Positions 54,427 through 64,000 of a stretch of 64,000 nucleotides of DNA are shown here, one piece after another. Numbering within the stretch: position 1 is the first letter of the stretch; every line of letters begins with the position of its first letter. The stretch is from Candidatus Micrarchaeota archaeon (GTDB lineage Archaea > B1Sed10-29 > B47-G15), in contig QMVG01000002.1 of assembly GCA_003660975.1 (NCBI GenBank), positions 1 through 64,000 of the forward strand. The letters are read 5' to 3'. Position numbers and translations under genes: made by a program. The notes under the pieces are model-generated. The model did not search any database. It saw nothing but the letters and a program-made list of their open reading frames with translations, and was not told the origin of the DNA.

Positions 54427-55491
54427 ATGTCATTTAATACTCAGCTGGTGAGTGTCATGAATACCTCTCGTTTTAGGATTTTAGTTAAGCACCCTTTTCA
54501 CGTGTTGAGGTTTGTGCTGAAAAAGGACATTCCCATATTCACACATATCTATGTGACAAGAAGATGTAATTTGCACTGTGCAAAATGTAGGGTAATTGAG
54601 AGGAGAGGTTCAAGAGAGCTGAGCCTGGAAGAATGGAAGAAAGTAATGGACAGAATGAGTGAATGGGGAACGATAATACTTACTGTTCAGGGTGGGGAAG
54701 GAATGTTAAGGCCAGATATTTATGATATTCTATCTTATGCATCAAAGAAATTCTACACCACATTTTATACTAATGCAGTTTTATTGGATGAAGTAAAAAT
54801 TAATAAGTTAATAAGCACAGGTATTGCAGGTATTGGTGTCTCTCTTGACTCTCTCTCTGCTGTGAAGGAAGCAAAGATGGGGAGAGGAGACATTGCAACT
54901 AAGAAAGTGATAGAGTTTCTAGAATACGTGAAAAATATAAAAAGGAAACCAAAGATTACAGTAAATACAGTAATAACACACCTTAACCTGTCAGAGATAC
55001 CTGACCTGGCCAAGTTTGCCAATGAGCATGGTGCATTTTTCTCAGTGGCAGTTCTAGAGTCAACACCTGGAGACAGGTGGTGGTTCAGGAATTATGCTCC
55101 TTTCCTGGAGATAAAAGAGAAAGATTATCCAGAGCTAGAGAGGGTTATCAATGAGCTAATTAGAATGAAGAAGAAGGGCTATAAAATCTCCAACGATGTA
55201 AACCAATTGAAAAATGCCGTTCGTTATATCAAAAAAGAATACACTCCGCCCTGTAATGCAGCCAAGCTTTATTATTCTGTAAATGAAGACGGGCGTTTTA
55301 TGGGCTGTCAGGACCTGGAACCTATACCTAAGAGGATTGATGAAATGCAGTCAATAAAGGAAGCCTGGCAATACAAAAAGATGATTAAGGACATTGAGAC
55401 ATGCCCAGGTTGCTACTATGGCTGTTATGTTTCTATAACTGATTTGGCCAGCAATCCTTTGAAGTTTTTGATAGGAGAAATTCTCCATTAG
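54427..55491 (+). CDS. Radical SAM protein with SPASM/Twitch domain
   Basis: CNLHCAKC, GGE, TN, VSLD; C-terminal C..A......DG...C...CPGC...C. Confidence 0.9.
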   Translation: MSFNTQLVSVMNTSRFRILVKHPFHVLRFVLKKDIPIFTHIYVTRRCNLHCAKCRVIERRGSRELSLEEWKKVMDRMSEWGTIILTVQGGEGMLRPDIYDILSYASKKFYTTFYTNAVLLDEVKINKLISTGIAGIGVSLDSLSAVKEAKMGRGDIATKKVIEFLEYVKNIKRKPKITVNTVITHLNLSEIPDLAKFANEHGAFFSVAVLESTPGDRWWFRNYAPFLEIKEKDYPELERVINELIRMKKKGYKISNDVNQLKNAVRYIKKEYTPPCNAAKLYYSVNEDGRFMGCQDLEPIPKRIDEMQSIKEAWQYKKMIKDIETCPGCYYGCYVSITDLASNPLKFLIGEILH

Positions 55492-55503
55492 AAGGTGTGG
55501 TAT

Positions 55504-56637
55504 ATGAAATTGGCTGTGATACAACCACACCTCCATGTATATGGCGGTGTAGAAAAGGTCATATTAGAAATCGCAAAGAATTTTGATGTCACTGTTTATA
55601 CTTTGACATATAAGCCTGAATCTCTGTATCCTGAATTTGGTAACCTAGATATTAGAGTACTCAAACCCATGTGGCCAAGCGCTTTATTACCTAGCAACCG
55701 AATTTTCAACGCCCTCAAAGCTTCGTGGACTTTCTACAAAACAGAATTAGATGATTATGATATCATAAACCCCCATGGCAGTCCGGCAGAATGGATAGCT
55801 AATAAAAATTCAAATGTTTTGTGGTACAATCATGGAATAATGCGTGAAGTTTTTGACATTTCTTCTTTTAGAAGGAAAGCATATAAACCACCAACACGCG
55901 TTGCACATTTTGTTTTCTCAAATATCTTCAAATTCATAGAGAAACACATGGTGAAAAATATAAGTTACACTTTAACAAACAGCAATTATTCAAAGACCCT
56001 GCTTTGGAAATATTTAGGTATTGAAGCAGAGGTTTTGCACCCTGCAGTAGATTTAGGACATTTTAAACCGAAAGCCCACAGCAAATATTTCCTGGTTGTC
56101 TCTAGAATTGGGTATGAAAAGCGCCAGCATTATGCAATAGAAGCATTCAAGAAATTTATACAAAAGACTAAGAGAAAAGATTGGAAATTGATAATTGCAG
56201 GAGGATATGGAGATGGAGGCAAAGCCCAAGAAGATTATTTTAATATGTTAAAAAGTATTGCACCAAAAAATGTACAGTTTATGTTAAACATAACTGAGCC
56301 AGAGAAGAGAAAATTGATTGAAAATTGTTATGCTTTGCTTTTCCCTTCAATGAATGAGCCATTCGGCATTGTTCCTTTAGAGGCCATGGCCGCTGGAAAA
56401 GTTGTTATCGTCATGAGGGACTGTGGAGGGCCATTGGATTACATGCAAGAAGGCAAGAACGGTTTTATTGCACCTTCAATAGAAGCAATGGCGGATAGGA
56501 TGAATTTTCTTGTTGAGCATAGAAAAATTAATGAGGAAATGGGCAAGTTTGCAAGAAAATACGTATTTAATAACTTCAAAACGCACGACTTTATAAGAGC
56601 TTTTAAGAAAGCCTGCCGTTTAGTTATGGGTGGGTAG
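55504..56637 (+). CDS. GT4 family glycosyltransferase
   Basis: GGVEKV, NS.Y, SRI..EK, PS.NEPFGIVPLEAMAAG. Confidence 0.93.
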   Translation: MKLAVIQPHLHVYGGVEKVILEIAKNFDVTVYTLTYKPESLYPEFGNLDIRVLKPMWPSALLPSNRIFNALKASWTFYKTELDDYDIINPHGSPAEWIANKNSNVLWYNHGIMREVFDISSFRRKAYKPPTRVAHFVFSNIFKFIEKHMVKNISYTLTNSNYSKTLLWKYLGIEAEVLHPAVDLGHFKPKAHSKYFLVVSRIGYEKRQHYAIEAFKKFIQKTKRKDWKLIIAGGYGDGGKAQEDYFNMLKSIAPKNVQFMLNITEPEKRKLIENCYALLFPSMNEPFGIVPLEAMAAGKVVIVMRDCGGPLDYMQEGKNGFIAPSIEAMADRMNFLVEHRKINEEMGKFARKYVFNNFKTHDFIRAFKKACRLVMGG

Positions 56638-56638
56638 C

Positions 56639-57415
56639 ATGGAAATTGTGATAGACCCCAAGAAATCTATTAATGAAAATATATCTCACTATTATGAAAA
56701 AGCGAAAAAGGCAAAGGCAAAGCTGAAAGGTCTTGAGAGAGCCATTGAAGAAACAAAAAGGCTGATTGCGATTGAAGAGGAAAAGGAAGCAGAAGCAAAT
56801 GTTTTGCAAAAGAAAAAAGTTAGGAAAAAAGAATGGTATGAAAAATTTCACTGGTGCTTTACTAGGAACGGTCTTTTACTGCTTGCTGGAAAAGATGCTA
56901 AAAGCAACCAGGTTTTGGTTTCAAGGCATATGGAGAAGGATGACTTGTACTTCCATGCAGATGTGCAGGGAGCACCTTCTGTATTGTTGAAGAAAGGCAG
57001 GAATGCAAAGCAAGAGGATATAGAAGACGCAGCAGTATTTGCAGCCTCATATTCAAGCGCTTGGAAAAAAGGAGCCAATGCTGTTGATGTGTATTATGTT
57101 GGACCCTCACAGGTTAGCAGGTCTGCTCCATCTGGAGAATATTTGCCTAAGGGAGCTTTTATGATCAAAGGAAAGAAAAATTACATAAGAAATGTTCCTT
57201 TGCAGTTATGGGTTTCTTTCTTTGATGGTAAACTGCAAACCCTTCCATACAAGACAAATGAAAAAGCATTTCTAATAAAGCCAGGAGGCAGCAGCTCAAA
57301 ACACGAAACTGCTAAAAAGTTGCTCAAGCTATTGAAAGAAGCGTTTCCAGATGCAGACATTGACATTGACTGGCTAATGCAGAGACTACCTAATGGAAAC
57401 TCCATAGTTATGTGA
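56639..57415 (+). CDS. NFACT-R domain protein (C-terminal half of RqcH/Rqc2)
   Basis: N...YYEKAKK.K.K, KKEWYEKF.W, GKDA..N, FHAD..GAP, S.AW, QVS...PSGEYL.KG.F.I.G. Confidence 0.88.
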   Translation: MEIVIDPKKSINENISHYYEKAKKAKAKLKGLERAIEETKRLIAIEEEKEAEANVLQKKKVRKKEWYEKFHWCFTRNGLLLLAGKDAKSNQVLVSRHMEKDDLYFHADVQGAPSVLLKKGRNAKQEDIEDAAVFAASYSSAWKKGANAVDVYYVGPSQVSRSAPSGEYLPKGAFMIKGKKNYIRNVPLQLWVSFFDGKLQTLPYKTNEKAFLIKPGGSSSKHETAKKLLKLLKEAFPDADIDIDWLMQRLPNGNSIVM

Positions 57416-58463
57416 TAAATTCCTTTAGCCTTCTCACCGCGTTTTTCTTTTCCTTATCCCCTATTTTCGCCTTTTCTATGGCCTCCTCCAACACAGATAT
57501 GCTTTTATCATATACTGCTTTATTAACTGGATAAGGAAAGCCGTCCTTACCGCCATGAGCAAAGGAATATTTTACTGGGTCCTTCCAACTAAGCTCTGCG
57601 CCGTATATCAGTTCAGAAATAAGCGCCAAAGCTCTGATTGTTTTTGGACCAAGCCCTCTTATCGCTATCAGCTCTTGGTAATTTTCAGGCTGCAATTCAT
57701 AAGCTTTGTATAAAACTTTCCATGCTCTTTTGCTCAAATCACTTTTTTTCACTTGGTGGTGCTTGGGCAACTTCAAATATTTCATAGAGGTCTGGCCGTT
57801 AAAGTATTTTTCTAAATGCACAGGATTGTCTTTAACAATGTCAACAGATACCTTTCTCGCCTCCTCGCTGTTCTTTGATGTCATGTCTAAAACATTTCTC
57901 TTTTTGACATCTCCACATATCGCTGTGTGAGGTTCTATAACCAATGATTTTAAGCCCTCAGACAACCAATGATATCTTCTTGCATTGCCTGAAGCAGCCA
58001 TCCCCTGCTGTATAACAGCCCAATTACCTGTTTCAGATATAAAAAATGAGTGTTGGTATAGCTGATAGCCATCTTGTATACAAGCATTGTCCACTTTAGC
58101 GACAATCCTGCTTGTTTTTACAAGTTCTTCATTCCCTGTTGTTTTTATTATCTCTTCAGGCGTTCTCCTAGAAGCTTTTCCTTTTCCCCCACAAACCACA
58201 ACACCATGTTCTTTCAGGGATAAAGACAGCTTCAAAGCAGCGCATAGTGTTGTGGTGCTTCCTGATGAGTGCCAGTCAAAACCCAGCACACAAGCAAAAG
58301 CTTGAAACCAGTAGGGATCTGATAACCTTTTTAACAACTCATTAGGGCCATAATCATCAACTATTATTTTACTTACTGTTCCACCCAATCTCTGCATTCT
58401 CTCAAATAGCCATTTTGGTGCCTTCCCATAATGCAATGGCAGGTCAGCAATGCCAGTCCTCAT
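57408..58463 (-). CDS. DUF763 family protein
   Basis: ADLPLH.G..P.WL, DPYWFQ, FDWHSSGSTT, QDGY.LY, ARRYHW, FAHGGKDG.PYPV. Confidence 0.93.
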   Translation of the reverse strand: MRTGIADLPLHYGKAPKWLFERMQRLGGTVSKIIVDDYGPNELLKRLSDPYWFQAFACVLGFDWHSSGSTTTLCAALKLSLSLKEHGVVVCGGKGKASRRTPEEIIKTTGNEELVKTSRIVAKVDNACIQDGYQLYQHSFFISETGNWAVIQQGMAASGNARRYHWLSEGLKSLVIEPHTAICGDVKKRNVLDMTSKNSEEARKVSVDIVKDNPVHLEKYFNGQTSMKYLKLPKHHQVKKSDLSKRAWKVLYKAYELQPENYQELIAIRGLGPKTIRALALISELIYGAELSWKDPVKYSFAHGGKDGFPYPVNKAVYDKSISVLEEAIEKAKIGDKEKKNAVRRLKEFIT

Positions 58464-58528
58464 GTAGCTCCCATAGAAAATTAAGAGGGATATACTTATA
58501 AACGCACGCTGCACATGGCGATTGTCCT

Positions 58529-59185
58529 TTATTCATCATCTACTATGCCACTGCCAACTATTCTAAAAAGAGCTTCCTCACCCTCTTTTTTAAAGAGGTG
58601 CTTCCTGAGTATTGCCTTCCTTCTCCCATCTCCACCATTTTTCTGCAGTTCTACTATTACCTTTGAGTCATACTTTACTGTATCTCCCCCAACAGGCTCA
58701 ACTCTGCCAGAGTCAAAGTTTTCATATACTTGGTTAGTGACAAGAACAGGCACATCATAGGTTCTTGCATATTGCAGAAGGCTGTTCATCTGCTTACCCA
58801 TAAGCCTATTTATCTCTTTAACATTACTCTCATCTCTCTCCAACCTATACAAAGATGAGATGCTGTCTACAATTACAAAATCTGCTCTTTTGAGATTTTT
58901 TATCACTTTATCCTGCTCTTCAAAGCTTGTAATTTCATATAAAATGGTGTTTTTAAGCACCTCTTCATAGCTCTTAGCAGCTATCTGCCTCAGTCTTTTC
59001 TCATTGAAGCTTCCTTCAGTGTCTATGAAAATGGCTTTTTTTCCTATTTTTACAGCATTGACGAGAGCTTGGAGGGCAATATTGGTTTTTCCACTGCCTG
59101 CAGGTCCATATATCTGGGTAAGCATCTTTTTTGCTATGCCTCCTCCAAGGAGTTGGTCCAATGCTCTGCAACCAATAGGAACCAT
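58529..59185 (-). CDS. radB: DNA repair and recombination protein RadB
   Basis: LDQLLGGG...TQIYGPAGSGKT, IDTEG, VDSIS.LYR, TNQVY, GG. Confidence 0.93.
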   Translation of the reverse strand: MVPIGCRALDQLLGGGIAKKMLTQIYGPAGSGKTNIALQALVNAVKIGKKAIFIDTEGSFNEKRLRQIAAKSYEEVLKNTILYEITSFEEQDKVIKNLKRADFVIVDSISSLYRLERDESNVKEINRLMGKQMNSLLQYARTYDVPVLVTNQVYENFDSGRVEPVGGDTVKYDSKVIVELQKNGGDGRRKAILRKHLFKKEGEEALFRIVGSGIVDDE

Positions 59186-59233
59186 AAAGTTATTATACCC
59201 TTAATTCTTTATACTGCTTGCGACGGTGACTGT

Positions 59234-59428
59234 ATGGACAAAATACAAGCAGTAATACTGGGCGTTTTCGTTATACTTGTTCTGACAGGTCTTATAGGTA
59301 GCTCCAGCTCTCCAACCTCTATTGAGCAGGAGATAACATTTATGAGCTTTGAAGAGTATCACCAAATGCAACATAGCGAGGCTATGGGCAATGTTCAGAG
59401 TGTTCAACCATTAGGTTTTAATTCATAA
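59234..59428 (+). CDS. Small membrane-anchored hypothetical protein
   Basis: 64-aa ORF with N-terminal TM; RBS GGTGA. Confidence 0.5.
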   Translation: MDKIQAVILGVFVILVLTGLIGSSSSPTSIEQEITFMSFEEYHQMQHSEAMGNVQSVQPLGFNS

Positions 59429-61612
<2,184 letters not shown>

Positions 61613-61613
61613 T

Positions 61614-62237
61614 CTAGAGTAAAGACCTTACCAGCTCTACTGTGCCTCCAAAGCCCAGCCAGAAATTGAACAGCAACATTGTGATAAAGACAACAGCCCA
61701 GACCTTGAAGCTCCATGCAGCTACTTTTGAGCCGTCAAGTGGAGGTATTGGCAGGAGGTTGAAGAGGCCTAAAAAGATATTTATGGTAAATCCCCAAGAG
61801 GCAAGTGTTTTAATGAAAGCGATCTGGGGAAGAAGGACATAAAGAAACACAAAAAGTATGGACAGCACAAAATTGGAAAAAGGCCCTGCTAAGCTTATAA
61901 TGCCATCTTCTCTTCGCGTTAGATTTGCCTTGTAAATGTAAACAGCACCAGGCGCTGCGAATATAAACCTACCTCCTGTTATAACTGCCATCATAAGCGC
62001 AAAAACAAGCCCCATGGTCCATGCCTTGTAAAACGCATGACAGCCAAAATGGATAGCCACGAACCTATGAGATAACTCGTGGACAACAAAGCCAAGGCCA
62101 ACTGCAAGAAATATTATTGGAATAAGCTGATAATTGCCAAAGTTTATGGCAAAAAGACTGAATGCTAATGAAATGGTGAAAAAAGACACAAACAAGTCAA
62201 AAATCTCTCCTCTGTAAAACAGCCCCATGGGAATCAA
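61614..62237 (-). CDS. Site-2 protease (M50 family)
   Basis: HELSH, AGP.SN, FNLLPIPPLDGSK. Confidence 0.93.
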   Translation of the reverse strand: MIPMGLFYRGEIFDLFVSFFTISLAFSLFAINFGNYQLIPIIFLAVGLGFVVHELSHRFVAIHFGCHAFYKAWTMGLVFALMMAVITGGRFIFAAPGAVYIYKANLTRREDGIISLAGPFSNFVLSILFVFLYVLLPQIAFIKTLASWGFTINIFLGLFNLLPIPPLDGSKVAAWSFKVWAVVFITMLLFNFWLGFGGTVELVRSLL

Positions 62238-62316
62238 GAAGATTACTCAGAAGATATAAAAAAGCTTTACCAATACGTTTAAAAATTTGTCAGTTCACAA
62301 TAGATGGGGGATCGCT

Positions 62317-63069
62317 ATGAAATTTGTAAATGTATTTGTTGTACTTGTATCAGCCGTTGCAATTGTTATGCTTTCACTTTTAATCCATCCAGCGAACAAT
62401 GCAGTGGCGGCCCAAGAGGGGCAGATAACAGAGAGCTTTAATGTTTCTGTAACAGGAGAAGCCTCTGTATATCTCAACCCAAATAAGGTAATTGTTAATC
62501 TGGGAGTTGAAACGCTCTCAAAAACCGCAAAAGAGTCTCAGGAGAGAAACGCAGAAATAATGAACGACGTGCTTGCAGCTTTAGAGCAGGCAGGCATAAG
62601 CAGGGAGCAGATAAAGACAACGCACTACAGCTTATATGCTGACTATGACTGGAGTAATGGAGATAGGGTATTCAAAGGCTATAAAACAAGGCATTACATA
62701 CAAGTGAGCTCTAAGAACATAGACAAGGCAGGAAGCATAGTTGACGCTGCCTCCTCAGCAGGGGCCAACTACATAGGAGACATACAATTTACATTAACAG
62801 ATGAGGCTATGCTGGAAGCCAAGAAAGCTGCAATTGCCATAGCTACAAACAATTCCAAAGAAAAGGCAATGGCAATCGCCAGAACCTTCGGAAATTACCG
62901 CATTGTGCCTGTGAAGCTGAGCCTTTCTTCATATAGCCCATATCCCATATACAAAGGTGCCATAGGAAACTATATGGAAAGCGAGAGGTCTGCCTCAACA
63001 CAGATATATAGTGGAGACATACGTGTTTCAGCAACTGTTCAGGCCCTCTATAAGGCGATTCCCTCTTAA
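62317..63069 (+). CDS. SIMPL (DUF541) domain protein
   Basis: VTGEA....P...LGVET...IKT..YSL...GY....D.A..AGAN....F.L. Confidence 0.92.
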   Translation: MKFVNVFVVLVSAVAIVMLSLLIHPANNAVAAQEGQITESFNVSVTGEASVYLNPNKVIVNLGVETLSKTAKESQERNAEIMNDVLAALEQAGISREQIKTTHYSLYADYDWSNGDRVFKGYKTRHYIQVSSKNIDKAGSIVDAASSAGANYIGDIQFTLTDEAMLEAKKAAIAIATNNSKEKAMAIARTFGNYRIVPVKLSLSSYSPYPIYKGAIGNYMESERSASTQIYSGDIRVSATVQALYKAIPS

Positions 63070-63129
63070 CTCTTTTTAACCTTTTCTTGTTGGGAAACAG
63101 TTTTAAGCCCTGTTTTTTCAAAGACAGTT

Positions 63130-63309
63130 ATGGACAATAGGGCCCAAATTTCTATAGAGATGCTCCTCGTGGCAGGGGCTTTGTTCGCCGTGGCAGTTCT
63201 TGTTGTCAGCAGCCTGACGCAGAGTTCAAAAGAAGCAAGTGATAAGATGAGCGCCAAGGTAAGCGAGGTTTTGGAGAAAATTGACAAGATGACAGAAGGT
63301 GCTTCCTAA
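63130..63309 (+). CDS. 59-aa micro-pilin (not in ORF track)
   Basis: MDNRA/QISIEMLLVAGALFAVAVLVVSSLTQSSKEASDKMSAKVSEVLEKIDKMTEGAS. Confidence 0.85.
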   Translation: MDNRAQISIEMLLVAGALFAVAVLVVSSLTQSSKEASDKMSAKVSEVLEKIDKMTEGAS

Positions 63310-63476
63310 TGGACGATAAAGCGCAGATTAGCCTTGAAATGCTCTTGTTGGCAGCTGCGTTGATAGCTGTGGCTGTCTTGTTTCTGAGCGGTGTTAGGAC
63401 TTCTTCAAAGTCATTCCAATCAAAGATGACTGCCAACAGCAAGCAGGCCCTGTCAAAATTGGGGCAAATCAAATGA
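63309..63476 (+). CDS. 55-aa micro-pilin (not in ORF track)
   Basis: MDDKA/QISLEMLLLAAALIAVAVLFLSGVRTSSKSFQSKMTANSKQALSKLGQIK; TAATG coupling. Confidence 0.85.
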   Translation: MDDKAQISLEMLLLAAALIAVAVLFLSGVRTSSKSFQSKMTANSKQALSKLGQIK

Positions 63477-63871
63477 GGGGTCAGCTGAGCCTTGAAATGT
63501 TATTGCTGATGTCTGCAATGATGGGAGCGTTAGCAGTTATCCTGCCTTTATATAACTCACTATTTTCTGCTTCCAACACCGTTCTTGAAAAACAAGGGGC
63601 TCTGGAAATGGCAAGGAGCTTTAAACATTTATGCTCAATGCTTGATGTTATGGGGAAGGAGTCCTCGGCTAACTTTCTTTTTAATTCTCCATGCGATTAT
63701 GAGATTAGGAAAAAAGAGAATTCAGCAGAAATCAGCTTTGGAGAAGGAAGTATCAGCTTTGAGCTGGAGGAAAACTGTGAGCTGCCAACCATGGTTGGAA
63801 GGGGCAAGCACAATTTTTTTGTTAAGAAAGAGGGGAGCAAGGTTATTGTTTATGACAGACAAGCAGGTTAA
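63473..63871 (+). CDS. Class III signal peptide pilin
   Basis: MRG/QLSLEMLLLMSAMM; ATGA coupling. Confidence 0.85.
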   Translation: MRGQLSLEMLLLMSAMMGALAVILPLYNSLFSASNTVLEKQGALEMARSFKHLCSMLDVMGKESSANFLFNSPCDYEIRKKENSAEISFGEGSISFELEENCELPTMVGRGKHNFFVKKEGSKVIVYDRQAG

Positions 63872-64000
63872 AGCTCCCATCAATCTTTTTTCTTGAGAAG
63901 CTGATGCCTGTCTCGCAGTCCTCATCAAATGCCACAGAGACACCAACATGATTCATCAGCTTTTTTACGCAGCTTTTGCTTAACTCAGCTTTGAGGTTGC
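63843..64000 (-). CDS. 3' end of a hypothetical protein (partial)
   Basis: Open frame ...NLKAELSKSCVKKLMNHVGVSVAFDEDCETGISFSRKKIDGSFNLLVCHKQ-stop. Confidence 0.4.
   Translation of the reverse strand, partial: NLKAELSKSCVKKLMNHVGVSVAFDEDCETGISFSRKKIDGSFNLLVCHKQ

Noticed and set aside
58529-58620. RadB basic patch KHL instead of KHR
   Set aside because: Single substitution in a divergent lineage; not enough to claim altered function.

Overview
Archaeal chromosome segment. Evidence: GatDE, archaeal ThrRS, RadB, Hjc, aEF-1beta, pelota, ABCE1, Cdc48, class I CCA-adding enzyme, TATA-type promoters and GGTGA/GAGGTG RBSs. Compact, divergent, K/E-rich genes suggest a DPANN-type and possibly thermophilic lineage (inference only). 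Most of the window is informational housekeeping genes, with four intron-less tRNAs lacking encoded CCA (Glu-CTC, Gly-TCC, Val-TAC, Arg-GCG). It also holds a large EppA-type type IV pilus locus (30793-39031), a second pilin cluster at the right end and an orphan pilus ATPase. Highlights: (1) an intact 604-aa class III ribonucleotide reductase homologue that appears to lack both catalytic cysteines and the glycyl-radical domain, heading an operon of other apparently degenerate enzymes; (2) the right end of an AT-rich island downstream of tRNA-Glu, carrying HerA-like ATPase, DUF6884-like, RHH/Zn-finger and YhhQ preQ0-transporter genes (possible 7-deazaguanine link); (3) an unannotated structured RNA with a K-loop and its own TATA box, resembling an H/ACA guide for the 23S A-loop; (4) a tetraether synthase divergent from a TrmB regulator; (5) four 55-59 aa micro-pilins missed by the ORF track; (6) a 41-nt identical tract shared by two diverged pilus ATPases. 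All family calls come from motif recognition by eye; no database searches were run.
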